Positions 28,116 to 37,743 of a DNA stretch of 64,000 bases are shown piece by piece. The translations under genes and the position numbers were made by a program. This DNA is from Bryobacterales bacterium. Its GTDB lineage: Bacteria > Acidobacteriota > Terriglobia > Bryobacterales > UBA6623. Every line of letters begins with the position of its first letter. Position 1 is the first letter of the stretch. Under the pieces are notes generated by a model. It saw only the letters and a program-made list of their open reading frames with translations, was not told the origin of the DNA and ran no database searches. The DNA lies in contig OY729427.2 of assembly GCA_963422375.2 (NCBI GenBank), positions 1,382,211-1,446,210 on the forward strand, given 5' to 3'.

Positions 28116-29597
28116 TCACGCGGGCGGCAGCGACGCGAGCCTGCCGGCCGCATCCTCCCAGTCGGCCACCGTGGCGGGATTCGGCTCGTAACGCGCCAGC
28201 CCGAACGAATTGCGGACGACCTCCCGACCTTGCGCCAGGTCCCCGATCCGACCGGAGGCGATGGCCTGCATCAGGCAGTTCCCGGCAGCCGTCGCTTCGA
28301 CCGGGCCGGCAACCACGGGAATGCCGCAGGCGTCCGCGGCGAACTGGCACAGCAACCCGTTGCGGGACCCGCCGCCCACCACGTGCAGCACGCGGGGCCT
28401 CCGGCCCGTGATCTGGGCCAGGTCAGCCAGCACGCTGCGATAGCGGAGCGCCAAGCTCTCGAAGATGGCCCGCGCGAACCGGCCGGTCGAATCGGGGGCA
28501 GGCTGGCCGCTCTCCCGGCACGCCGCGGCGATGCGGCCGGGCATGTCGCCGGGAGCGGCGAAATTCGGGGCGTCCACGTGGACTAGAGACCGGAAGGGCT
28601 CGGCCGAGGCCGCCTCGGCCGTGATCCGCGGGTACTCGACGGCGATACCGCGCCGCGACCATTCCCGGCGGCACTCCTCGAGCAACCAAAGGCCGCAGAT
28701 GTTCTTAAGCAGGCGCGTCGTGCGACAGACGCCCCCCTCGTTGGTGAAGTTCCTTGCCAAGACGGCGGGCGTGACATGCGGGCGGTCGGACTCCACGCCC
28801 AGCAGCGACCACGTTCCCGAGCTCAGGTAGGCCCAGTCGCCCCCGTCGGCCGGGACGGCCGCCACGGCCGATGCGGTGTCGTGAGTGCCGGGTGCGACCA
28901 CTCGCATCGGCGGGACCCCGCACTGCCCGGCCAGCGAGGGTCGCAGGCCGCCCAGATCGGTGCCCGGATCGACGACTTCGCCGAAGATGCGCGTCGGCAG
29001 GCCGAGGTCTTCCAGCAAGTCGAAGGCCCATGCCCGGCGCCGCGGGTCGTAGCACTGCGATGTAGTCGCGTCGGTGAACTCGCAGGCCCGCTCGCCGGTG
29101 AACCAGTAGTGGAACAGGTCGGGCATCATCAGGATCGTGCCCGCGGCTTCCAGCGCCGGCGAGCCCTTCATCGAGAACAGCTGGAAGAGCGAATTCAGCT
29201 CCATGAACTGCAAGCCGGTGGCCTCGAAGATCCGCTCGCGCGGCACCGCGCTGAACACCTCTTGCATGGTGCCCTGCGTCCGGCTGTCGCGGTAGTGGTA
29301 GGGATTGCGGAGCAGCTCCCCGTCGCGGTCCAGCAAGGCGAAGTCCACGCCCCACGTGTCGGCCCCGAGCGAGACGGGCCGGAAGGCCGCGACCGCGCCC
29401 AAGCCCGCTTGGATTTCGCGGAACAGGCCCAGCACGTCCCAGTGCAGGCGGCCGAGCACGTCGATTGCCGGGTTCGCGAAGCGGTGCAGTTCCTTGATGG
29501 CGAGTCGCTGGCCGTCGAAGGCACCCAGCATGACGCGTCCGCTGCTCGCTCCCAGATCAATTGCAACGTAATGCTCGGACTTCACGGGAACGCTCAC
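28116..29597 (-). CDS. FGGY-family carbohydrate kinase, rhamnulokinase-like
   Basis: YVAIDLGASSGRVMLG...LHRFAN...LHWDVLGLFREI resembles the RhaB N-terminus, and the C-terminus has VVGGGSRNGLLCQ. Confidence 0.8.
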   Translation of the reverse strand: MSVPVKSEHYVAIDLGASSGRVMLGAFDGQRLAIKELHRFANPAIDVLGRLHWDVLGLFREIQAGLGAVAAFRPVSLGADTWGVDFALLDRDGELLRNPYHYRDSRTQGTMQEVFSAVPRERIFEATGLQFMELNSLFQLFSMKGSPALEAAGTILMMPDLFHYWFTGERACEFTDATTSQCYDPRRRAWAFDLLEDLGLPTRIFGEVVDPGTDLGGLRPSLAGQCGVPPMRVVAPGTHDTASAVAAVPADGGDWAYLSSGTWSLLGVESDRPHVTPAVLARNFTNEGGVCRTTRLLKNICGLWLLEECRREWSRRGIAVEYPRITAEAASAEPFRSLVHVDAPNFAAPGDMPGRIAAACRESGQPAPDSTGRFARAIFESLALRYRSVLADLAQITGRRPRVLHVVGGGSRNGLLCQFAADACGIPVVAGPVEATAAGNCLMQAIASGRIGDLAQGREVVRNSFGLARYEPNPATVADWEDAAGRLASLPPA

Positions 29598-29709
29598 GGC
29601 AGCGGTCGATTTTCGCGCAAGGGAGCGCCGCCGGGCAAGCCGCAGCCGTCGACTCCCGGCCTCGTCGGTCCGGGCGAGCGCGAGCGGGTCGGCCCACTAC
29701 GCTGGAGCC

Positions 29710-30618
29710 ATGACTCCTGTTCCGTGGAAGGTCTCGCTGCACGGCGGCCATTCGGGCGAGTTCTGCGAGCACGCCAAGGGCACCCTCCGCGAGACGCTGG
29801 AGGCGGCCGTCGCGGCCGGCTTCGGCACCTACGGCATCTCGGAACACGCGCCGCGCTCCGAGCCGCGCTTCCTGTACGAATCCGAGCGCGCGAAGGGCTA
29901 CACCGTCGAGCGCCTCGAGCGCGAGTTTGACGACTACGCGGCAGCCTCGCGGCTGCTGCAGGCCGAGTTCGGAGACCGCTTGGCCGTGCTGCGCGGTTTC
30001 GAGGCCGAGGTCGTGCCCGTGGGCCGCTACGGAGACCTGATGCGCGACCTGCGCGCGCGACACGGGTTCGACTACGTAGTCGGGTCGGTCCACCACGTCG
30101 CGGAACTGTCGATCGACGAGTCGCCGGGCATGTACAGCGCGGCCGTCGAGGCCTGCGGCGGGCTCGAGGCCCTCTTGGTGCGCTACTACGGCCTGGTGCG
30201 GGAGATGGTCGAGGATATCCGCCCCGAGGTAGTGGCCCACCTTGACCTGCCCAGGCTGTTCGCGCCGGCCGGAGCCGAACTCTCGACGAGACGGATCCGC
30301 GAAGCGGCGGAGAGCGCGATCGAGGCCGCCCGGGCTGGCGGGTGCATTCTGGACCTGAACACCGCGGCTTGGCGCAAGGGCCTGCCCGAGCCCTACCCGG
30401 CAGCGTGGCTCGTGCGAATGGCTGCCGAGGCGGGCGTGCCGTTCTGCTTCGGGGATGACAGCCACGATGCCTCTCAGGTGGGCTCTGGGATCCTGCGGGC
30501 CCGCGAGTACCTGCTCCGGAACGGCGTCAGTACGGTTGCGTGTCCCGTTGCGTGTCCCGAGGTTCCCGGGGACGGGCCTCCCCATCGCGAAATCGGCCTT
30601 GCGCCCGAGCCACTGTAG
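29710..30618 (+). CDS. HisJ-family histidinol-phosphatase-like PHP-domain protein
   Basis: The VSLHGGHSGEFCEHAKG...YGISEHAP...GSVHH...AHLD pattern is typical of the HisJ/HisK PHP family. Confidence 0.8.
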   Translation: MTPVPWKVSLHGGHSGEFCEHAKGTLRETLEAAVAAGFGTYGISEHAPRSEPRFLYESERAKGYTVERLEREFDDYAAASRLLQAEFGDRLAVLRGFEAEVVPVGRYGDLMRDLRARHGFDYVVGSVHHVAELSIDESPGMYSAAVEACGGLEALLVRYYGLVREMVEDIRPEVVAHLDLPRLFAPAGAELSTRRIREAAESAIEAARAGGCILDLNTAAWRKGLPEPYPAAWLVRMAAEAGVPFCFGDDSHDASQVGSGILRAREYLLRNGVSTVACPVACPEVPGDGPPHREIGLAPEPL

Positions 30619-31120
30619 CTACAGGCTGCGCTGACCCGTCCGGGGCGACCGGCCGACGAAGCGGTGGCGCGGGGCGGGCTTGAAACGGCGCCTCCATCAA
30701 GGGCTGCCCGTGTGGGTCGGTTGCGCATGCGGCTCGGGTCTCGTCGGCCACGGCGACACATCCTGCATCCGGTGAGCCGCGTCTAGCAGCTGAGCCGGTT
30801 CTCTTGTTCCGAATACACACCGAACATTCTCCGTAAACCTGTGCCTAATCACCTCCCGCCATCCTAGCCAAGCCGCGTCGAACGGGTCGCGACGCGCGAC
30901 CCTGCGCTTTCCATGGGAGCTGCCTGTTCCGACCGGCATCGCGGGTGGCCGGCCCGCGCGCCACCCGCGGGAAGCGGCGGTCATGCCACCGAGCCCAGCC
31001 CGCCTCGGACGCGCGCAGGTAGTACAATTGGAGGCGAGCCGGGGCGCTCCGCCCCGGCACCGCGGGGAACGTCCCGCGCGGCCGCTCTCCCGGCGGGGAC
31101 GGCCCCTATCAACCCGTGCC

Positions 31121-33064
31121 ATGCTGAAGCTGTTTCAAAACCAAGGCAAGACCTTGCGATGGGTCATGGGCGGCCTGCTCTTTCTCGTGGCGGCCTCGAT
31201 GGTCATCACGCTCATCCCGAACGTGTTCGGTCCGGCCGGCCCCGCGAACGCCGACATTCTCGCGGAAGTCGACGGTATTCCCGTCACGATGCGCGACGTG
31301 GAGGTCGAGCTGCGCCAGCAGAGGGCCGCAGGCGTGCCGCCCGAGGCCATCTCAATGATGGCGGGCACCGCCATAGAGAACCTGATCGCGGAGCGCGTAC
31401 TGATTTCCGAGGCCGCGGCCCTCGACCTCGTGCCCACGGAGGAGGATCTGGCCGGCTGGCTGCGCGAGTTCCTCCCCGACGTGCTCTTCCCCGACGGGAA
31501 GTTCATCGGCGCCCGCGCCTACGAGGGCTTCGTCCGCCAGCAGTTCCGCCGAACCGTCGCCGAATTCGAGCGCGAGGTGCTCTACAACATCGCGATCGAC
31601 CTGCGCCTCAGGCGCATGGTGACCGACAGCCTGGCGGTCGGCGAAGACGAGGTCAAGCGCCGCTTCCACCGCGAGAGCGACATGGCTCGCATCCAATGGG
31701 TCGCGGTCGACTCGGACAGCATGAGGGGCGAGGTGTCCCCGACGCCGGAGCAGCTAAGAGAGTACTTCGACTCCAACAAGCTGAGGTATCGCCGTCCGGA
31801 GCGGCGCTCGCTCAAGCTGATGACCGTCGGACCGGACGCGGCGGCCGGCGAGCACGAGATCACCGAGACCGAGATCGAGCTGTACTACAACCAAAACCAG
31901 TACCGCTTCGAGCAGCCCGAGCGGGTCCGCGTGCGGCACATCCTTTTCATGACCTTGGACAAGTCCGACGAGGAAGCCGAAGACGCGCGCCAGAAGGCCG
32001 CGCAGGTGCTGGCCGAGCTGCGCGAGGGCGCCGACTTCGCGGAACTGGCCAAGGAGCATTCCGAGGATCCCGGCAACGCCGACAACGGCGGCGACCTCGG
32101 CTGGGTCAGCCGCGGCATGATGGATCCGGCCTTCGAAGAGGCCAGCTTCACCCTCGGCGCGGGCGAGGTTTCCGCCGATCCCGTCAAGTCCCAGTTCGGC
32201 TACCACCTCATCCGCCTCGACGAGCGGGAGAGCGGCAGCGTGAAGCCGCTCAGCGAGGTGCGCGACGTGATCCGGGGCGACCTGCAGGCGGAACGGAGCC
32301 AGAACGACCGCTACGCCCTCATGGAGAGCGCCATGGAAGCGGCCCGGCAGGCGGGCACGGCCCTCGAGACCGCGGCGGCGCCTCTCGGCCTGCCGTACCA
32401 AGAGCTTCCCGCGTTCGGCCGCTCCCAGCTGCCCGCCTCGCTGCCGAAGGCAGCGGCGCTCGTGCGGGCGGTCTTCGAGCAACCTGCCGGGGAGGTCTTC
32501 TCCGTCGCCCAGGAGGAAACGCTCTACATCGGCATCGTGCCCGAGGTGATTCCCGCCCGCGACGCCTCATACGAAGAGGTCGCGAGCACCGTGAGGGGGG
32601 ACTTCGTGGACACCGAGTCCGCCAACCTCGCCCGCCTGCGCGCCGAGGCACTCGCGCAGCAGGTCCGGGACGGCAAGCACGACCTCGCCGCCGCGGCTCG
32701 CGCCGCCGGCCTGCAGGCCCAGGATGGCGAGCCTGTCCGGCGCGACGGCGACCTCGGCGACCTCGGCCCCGTAAGCGCGCTGGGCGAGGAGGCTTTCGCC
32801 GAGGCAAGCGGCGAACTGCAGGGACCCGTGGCGGTGGGAAACCGCTGGATCGCGTTCCGGACGCTGGAACTGCTCCCCGCGGACGAGTCCGCGCTGGCGA
32901 CGGAGGGCGAGGCCTTGCGCGAGTCGCTGCTGGCCGAGAAGCGCGACCGGATCTTCGACTACTACCGGCAGCAGAAGGTCCGGGAATACGCCGAGAGCGG
33001 CCTGCTCGTGCGCTACGGCGAGAGCATCCAGGCCTACCTGCGGTCGATGCAAAGCGCGACCTAG
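31121..33064 (+). CDS. ppiD: Periplasmic chaperone / peptidyl-prolyl isomerase, PpiD-like (SurA N-terminal domain plus parvulin domain)
   Basis: N-terminal membrane anchor (LRWVMGGLLFLVAASMVITLI) and a parvulin rotamase domain (VRHILF...GGDLGWVSRGMMDPAFEEASF...SQFGYHLIRL). I trimmed the long upstream ORF extension. Confidence 0.8.
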   Translation: MLKLFQNQGKTLRWVMGGLLFLVAASMVITLIPNVFGPAGPANADILAEVDGIPVTMRDVEVELRQQRAAGVPPEAISMMAGTAIENLIAERVLISEAAALDLVPTEEDLAGWLREFLPDVLFPDGKFIGARAYEGFVRQQFRRTVAEFEREVLYNIAIDLRLRRMVTDSLAVGEDEVKRRFHRESDMARIQWVAVDSDSMRGEVSPTPEQLREYFDSNKLRYRRPERRSLKLMTVGPDAAAGEHEITETEIELYYNQNQYRFEQPERVRVRHILFMTLDKSDEEAEDARQKAAQVLAELREGADFAELAKEHSEDPGNADNGGDLGWVSRGMMDPAFEEASFTLGAGEVSADPVKSQFGYHLIRLDERESGSVKPLSEVRDVIRGDLQAERSQNDRYALMESAMEAARQAGTALETAAAPLGLPYQELPAFGRSQLPASLPKAAALVRAVFEQPAGEVFSVAQEETLYIGIVPEVIPARDASYEEVASTVRGDFVDTESANLARLRAEALAQQVRDGKHDLAAAARAAGLQAQDGEPVRRDGDLGDLGPVSALGEEAFAEASGELQGPVAVGNRWIAFRTLELLPADESALATEGEALRESLLAEKRDRIFDYYRQQKVREYAESGLLVRYGESIQAYLRSMQSAT

Positions 33065-33093
33065 CAGACCGGCCAAGGCGAGAGTTCCGAACC

Positions 33094-34383
33094 ATGCGGA
33101 TGCAAGAGCTCGTACCGGTCCTGCAGGACTTCCCGGACCGCGGCCTGCCCGACGTCGCCTCGGCCGTGCGCGCGGAGATGGAGCGGGCCGAATGGACCTC
33201 GCGGGTCGCGCCCGGGAGCCGGGTCGCCGTGGGCGTCGGCAGCCGCGGCATCCGCAACATCGACGCCATCGCCAAGGCCGCGGTCGACTTCTGGAAGTCG
33301 CGCGGCGTCCGGCCCTTCATCGTGCCGGTGATGGGCAGCCACGGCGCGGCCACGGCGCAGGGCCAGGCCGACGTGCTGGCCCACTACGGAATCGACGAGT
33401 CCCGCACGGGAGCTCCCGTCGAGAGCTCCCTCGAGGTGGTGCGGATCGGCACGACGCCCGAAGGCATCGAGGTGTCCATGGACCGTCGCGCCTTCGAAAG
33501 CGACGGCGTGATGCTGTGCGGCCGCGTGAAGTGGCACACCGACTTCGAGGGGTCGCTCGAGAGCGGCCTCCACAAGATGATGGCCATCGGCCTCGGCAAG
33601 TGGGAAGGCGCCAAGCGCTACCACAGCTGGGCGCTGCGGCTCGGGATGGGCCGCGTCATCCGCAGCGTGGGCTCGGAAGTGCTCGCCACGGGCAAGATGC
33701 TGGGCGGCCTCGCCATCCTCGAGGACGCCCGCCACAACACGGCCGAAGTCCACGCGCTCGGAGCGCAAGGCATGGCGGAGAGGGAGGAGCAGCTCCTCGC
33801 AAGAGTGAAGTCCTGGAAACCGAACTTGCCTGCAGCGGAGGTCGACCTGCTCATCGTGGACGAAATCGGCAAGGACATCAGCGGAGCCGGCATGGACACC
33901 AAGGTCGTCAACCGCGGCGGCCCGCACGGACCGAACAGCTGGACCGGCGTGCCCACCGTGCATCGCATCTACCTTCGCGACCTCTCCGCCAAGACCAGCG
34001 GCAACGCGATCGGCATGGGCTTCGCGGACATGGCTCACGCCAGGCTCGTGCAGCAGGTCGATTTTCGCTCCACCTGGGTGAACGCGCTGACCTCGTCCGT
34101 CACGTCGCCCGGCTTCACCCCTTTGCACTTCGCGACCGACCGCGAGTGCCTCGAACGGTTGCTTCCGACTTGCGGGAAGATCGACACGTCGGAATGTACC
34201 GTCGCGTGGATTCGCAACACCCTGCAGCTGTCGCAGCTGCTCGTCAGCGAGAACCTCCTGCCCGAGCTGGCCGCCAACCCCGCCATCAAGGTGCTAGGAC
34301 CGCCGGCGGCCCCGCCGCTCGACAGCGCGGGCAACCTCGCCAGCCCGTTCGATTCCCCGGCCTTCCGGCTGGCGGCAGCCTGA
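33094..34383 (+). CDS. Conserved protein, tentatively LarA-like / DUF2088-type; function unknown
   Basis: 429 aa. The pattern GSRVAVGVGSRGIRNIDAI...PFIVPVMGSHGAATAQGQ recalls the lactate-racemase-like N-terminal domain. The assignment comes from memory of the family only. Confidence 0.5.
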   Translation: MRMQELVPVLQDFPDRGLPDVASAVRAEMERAEWTSRVAPGSRVAVGVGSRGIRNIDAIAKAAVDFWKSRGVRPFIVPVMGSHGAATAQGQADVLAHYGIDESRTGAPVESSLEVVRIGTTPEGIEVSMDRRAFESDGVMLCGRVKWHTDFEGSLESGLHKMMAIGLGKWEGAKRYHSWALRLGMGRVIRSVGSEVLATGKMLGGLAILEDARHNTAEVHALGAQGMAEREEQLLARVKSWKPNLPAAEVDLLIVDEIGKDISGAGMDTKVVNRGGPHGPNSWTGVPTVHRIYLRDLSAKTSGNAIGMGFADMAHARLVQQVDFRSTWVNALTSSVTSPGFTPLHFATDRECLERLLPTCGKIDTSECTVAWIRNTLQLSQLLVSENLLPELAANPAIKVLGPPAAPPLDSAGNLASPFDSPAFRLAAA

Positions 34384-34459
34384 GCGGCGGTTCGCAGGGA
34401 GATCAACCGGCCGCCAGAGACCACCAAGGGACCGCGGCAAGGGACCGCAAGACCGCCGT

Positions 34460-35320
34460 ATGGATCTGTTTCAGGCCATCGTTCTCGCCTTGGTCCAAGC
34501 TCTGACGGAGTTCCTGCCGATCAGCAGCTCGGCGCACTTGGTACTCGTCCGCTGGCTGCTGGGATGGGCCGATCCGGGGCTCGCCTTCGACGTGGCGCTG
34601 CACTTCGGCACGCTGTTGGCGCTCGCGGCCTACTTCGCCCGCACATGGATCCGCATCCTGGGACTGGCGTGCGGCAGGCGGGTCCTCGAGCCGCCGGAGG
34701 ACCATCCCGACCGCGACCTGTACGACAACCCGCGCCTGCTCTGGCACCTCGCGGCCGCCACGCTGCCGGCAGCGTGCGCCGGACTGGCGCTGCAGGATCT
34801 CATCGAGGCTCGCCTCCGCAGCCCTTTCGTGATCGGCTGCATGCTGATCGCGGCGGGCTGCGTGATCTGGTGGTTCGACCGCAGGGGCCGCCTGCGCAAG
34901 GGACTTGACAGCCTGCCCTTCGCCGGCGCCATGCTGATCGGCTGCGCCCAGGCCCTCGCCCTGGTGCCGGGCACGTCCAGGTCCGGCATCACCATCGCCG
35001 CCGGCCTGGCGCTCGGCCTGACGCGGGCCGCGGCGGCCCGCTTCTCGTTCCTTCTGGCCATGCCGGTCGTGCTCGGCGCGGCGCTCAAGACCGGGCTGGA
35101 GACGCTCGGCGGCGGCGGGATCCCGCCAGGCGAGGCCCTGCCCCTGGCCGTCGGCGTCACGGTCAGCGCGGTCTCCGGATACGCCGTGATCGCGATGTTC
35201 CTAAGGCATTTGCAGCGCTCCACGCTGGCCCCCTTCGTAATCTACCGCTGGGCGTTTGGGATAATCGTGCTGGTTCTTGCAAGCACCTCCTGGACGGCCT
35301 TCGCAGGCGGCAGCGTGTGA
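34460..35320 (+). CDS. uppP: Undecaprenyl-diphosphate phosphatase
   Basis: Canonical BacA/UppP motifs: VQALTEFLPISSSAHL and ALVPGTSRSGITIAAGL. Confidence 0.95.
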   Translation: MDLFQAIVLALVQALTEFLPISSSAHLVLVRWLLGWADPGLAFDVALHFGTLLALAAYFARTWIRILGLACGRRVLEPPEDHPDRDLYDNPRLLWHLAAATLPAACAGLALQDLIEARLRSPFVIGCMLIAAGCVIWWFDRRGRLRKGLDSLPFAGAMLIGCAQALALVPGTSRSGITIAAGLALGLTRAAAARFSFLLAMPVVLGAALKTGLETLGGGGIPPGEALPLAVGVTVSAVSGYAVIAMFLRHLQRSTLAPFVIYRWAFGIIVLVLASTSWTAFAGGSV

Positions 35321-37623
35321 GGCGGATGCGCATCAAGCTCCTCGTCGACAACCCGCGCTTGAACGAGATGGCCGGCGTGCTGGCCCTGCTGCTGGCGATC
35401 GGCATCCTTCTCTGCCTAGTCTCCTACTCGCCCGCGGACCCGTCAGTCAACGTGGCGACCCCCCGGGCGCGCCCGGTCAACTGGATGGGCCTGCCCGGTT
35501 CGTTCGGCGCCGACCTGATTCTCCAGTCCATCGGGCTGGCCGGCTTCCTCGTCCCGGCGGGTCTCGCGCTGCTGGCGCTGAAGCTCATCCGCAACGTCAA
35601 GATGGACCGCCTGCGACGCCGCGCCGGCGGCTGGGCGCTGCTGACCGTAGTCCTGTGCTGCTCCCTCCAGCTGCTGGACCGACCGGTCGGAGCCGTCCTG
35701 CCGTCCAGCTGGGAGTCGACGGTCCGCGCGGGAGGCGCGCTGGGCAAGGTGCTGACGGACGGATCCACCTCCGTGCTGAACCTCGGCGGCACGATCCTGC
35801 TGCTGCTGGCCTGCACGTCGATCAGCGTTTACACGCTGACCTCGCTGCGCGTGGCGAATCTGCTGGAGCGGCGCGAGAAGCCCCCGCCGTCCGGCGACCC
35901 GAACGGAGATCCGTCGGAGGACGCGCCGAGCGCGGAAGGTGAGGCCGACGCCATTCCGCTCGAGCCCCGGGGGGACGGGACGCTCGACACCGGGACGGGC
36001 CTTGGCACGCACGGCGGGATCGGCGGCGACCCGCCGTGGGACGACACCGCGGAAGGCGACGAGGACCTGCAGGCGCCTCCCCTGATCGTCCCGTACCAGC
36101 CCGGGGAGTCGACCCTCGAAGGCACCGTGACGGGCGGCGACGGCCGACTGCACTCGACCATAGCGCGGAATCCGTCGCTCGGCCCCGGATCCGACAGGCC
36201 CAAGTACAAGCTCCCGCCCACCTCCCTGCTCAATCCGCGGTACCAGAAGGAACCCTACAACGAGGTCCAGTTGCAGGAAACGGCCCAGCAGATCGTCATG
36301 AAGTTCGAGGAGTTCCGCGTCGCCGGGACCATCGACAAGATCAGTCCGGGACCGGTCGTAACGACGTTCGAGTTCAAGCCGGACCGAGGCATCAAGTACA
36401 GCAAGATCGTCAACCTGTCCGAGGACCTGTGCCTGGCGTTGGAATGCGAGTCAGTGCTGGTCGAGCGGCTTCCCGGCAAGTCCACCATCGGCATCGAGGT
36501 GCCGAACAAGAGGCGCGAGGTCATCTCGCTGCGCGAGGTGGTCGAGTGGCCGGCTTTCCGCAAGGCGGAGTCGATGCTGACGTTCGCGCTCGGCAAGGAC
36601 ATCAGCGGCAACATCCACTGCTCCGACCTCGGCGGCATGCCGCACCTGCTGGTCGCCGGGCAGACCGGCTCGGGCAAGAGCGTCATGGTGAACTGCGTGA
36701 TCATGTCGGTCCTCCTGCGCACCACACCCGACGAGGTCCGGCTGATCCTCGTCGATCCGAAGACCGTCGAGCTGGCCCTCTACAGGGAGGTGCCGCACCT
36801 GCTCACGCCGGTTATCACGGACATGAAGAAGGCGACGAACGCGCTCAAGAACGCCACGCGCGAGATGGAGCGCCGCCTGCAGCTGCTGGCGCAGCACGGA
36901 GTGCGCAACATCAGCCAGTTCAACGAGAAAGTCGACTCCTTGCAGGAGCGTCGCGAAGACCGCGAGCCCGAAAGCGAACCGGAGAAGCTGCCCTACGTCG
37001 TGGTGATCGTGGACGAGCTGGCCGACCTCATGATGCTCGCCGGGCGGCAAGTGGAGGAATCGATCCAGCGGCTCGCGCAGATGGCCCGGGCCGTCGGCAT
37101 CCACCTGCTGCTCGCCACGCAGCGCCCGAGCGTGGACGTTATCACGGGACTGATCAAGGCCAACATACCGGCGAGGCTCTCGTTCCGACTCGCCACGCGG
37201 GTCGACTCGCGCACCATCCTCGACTCGATGGGAGCGGAGTCCCTGCTCGGCAAGGGCGACATGCTGTTCCTGCCTCCCGGAACGGCCCGGCGCCGCCGGT
37301 TCCACGGACCTTTCGTGTCGGAGGAGGAGATCGAGGCCGTGGTGTCTCACTGGAAGGACCAAGCCAAGCCCGCCTACAAGAACGAGTACCTGGAGTCGCC
37401 CGACGGCGACCAGGAGGAATCGGAGGGGGACGGCGACGCCGGGTTCGACGATCCATGTACCGGGAGGCTGTGCGCCTCGTTCTGGAGATGGGCAAGGCGT
37501 CCACGTCCACGCTCCAGCGGCGCCTGCGCCTGGGATACGGGCGGGCCGCGCGCATCCTCGACGCCATGGAGCGCGACGGGATCATCGGGCCGCCCGACGG
37601 CAGCCGGCCGAGGGAGGTCCTGA
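35317..37623 (+). CDS. ftsK: DNA translocase FtsK (membrane domain, acidic/Pro-rich linker, alpha/beta motor); the last ~55 codons of this frame are out of frame relative to the gamma domain
   Basis: Walker A AGQTGSGKSV, then VVIVDELADLMM, LLATQRPSVDVITG and GKGDMLF. After ...GDGDAGFDDP the frame no longer reads FtsK-like sequence. Confidence 0.9.
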   Translation: MRRMRIKLLVDNPRLNEMAGVLALLLAIGILLCLVSYSPADPSVNVATPRARPVNWMGLPGSFGADLILQSIGLAGFLVPAGLALLALKLIRNVKMDRLRRRAGGWALLTVVLCCSLQLLDRPVGAVLPSSWESTVRAGGALGKVLTDGSTSVLNLGGTILLLLACTSISVYTLTSLRVANLLERREKPPPSGDPNGDPSEDAPSAEGEADAIPLEPRGDGTLDTGTGLGTHGGIGGDPPWDDTAEGDEDLQAPPLIVPYQPGESTLEGTVTGGDGRLHSTIARNPSLGPGSDRPKYKLPPTSLLNPRYQKEPYNEVQLQETAQQIVMKFEEFRVAGTIDKISPGPVVTTFEFKPDRGIKYSKIVNLSEDLCLALECESVLVERLPGKSTIGIEVPNKRREVISLREVVEWPAFRKAESMLTFALGKDISGNIHCSDLGGMPHLLVAGQTGSGKSVMVNCVIMSVLLRTTPDEVRLILVDPKTVELALYREVPHLLTPVITDMKKATNALKNATREMERRLQLLAQHGVRNISQFNEKVDSLQERREDREPESEPEKLPYVVVIVDELADLMMLAGRQVEESIQRLAQMARAVGIHLLLATQRPSVDVITGLIKANIPARLSFRLATRVDSRTILDSMGAESLLGKGDMLFLPPGTARRRRFHGPFVSEEEIEAVVSHWKDQAKPAYKNEYLESPDGDQEESEGDGDAGFDDPCTGRLCASFWRWARRPRPRSSGACAWDTGGPRASSTPWSATGSSGRPTAAGRGRS

Positions 37624-37661
37624 AGAGGCCCGACTGGCTGGACGAAGCGCCTAGCGAGTGA
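37455..37661 (+). CDS. ftsK: FtsK gamma (winged-helix, KOPS-binding type) domain, encoded in a different frame from the motor
   Basis: MYREAVRLVLEMGKASTSTLQRRLRLGYGRAARILDAMERDGIIGPPDGSRPREVL is a canonical FtsK gamma domain. The ATG at 37455 lies inside ...GATCCATGTAC..., so the two frames are offset by one nucleotide. Confidence 0.8.
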   Translation: MYREAVRLVLEMGKASTSTLQRRLRLGYGRAARILDAMERDGIIGPPDGSRPREVLKRPDWLDEAPSE

Positions 37662-37743
37662 GGCCCGACGCCTGCGAGCTCCCCGGCGCCGCGCTGCGGA
37701 CGCGTGCTCCGCTACGGGCGGGACGGGAAACGGTCCGCAGCGG

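Noticed and set aside
30800-30870. A strong SD-like GGGAGGTGA on the minus strand in the hisJ-ppiD intergenic region, considered as the start of a small gene.
   Set aside because: The only downstream ATG opens a 14-codon frame. The longer frame lacks a start codon at proper spacing, and there is no motif support.
37692-37742. A 10-bp inverted repeat (CGCTGCGGAC ... GTCCGCAGCG) between convergent ftsK and the downstream hypothetical gene, considered as a bidirectional terminator.
   Set aside because: The loop is about 31 nt, there is no U-tract, and one arm overlaps the neighbouring stop codon. It is not convincing.
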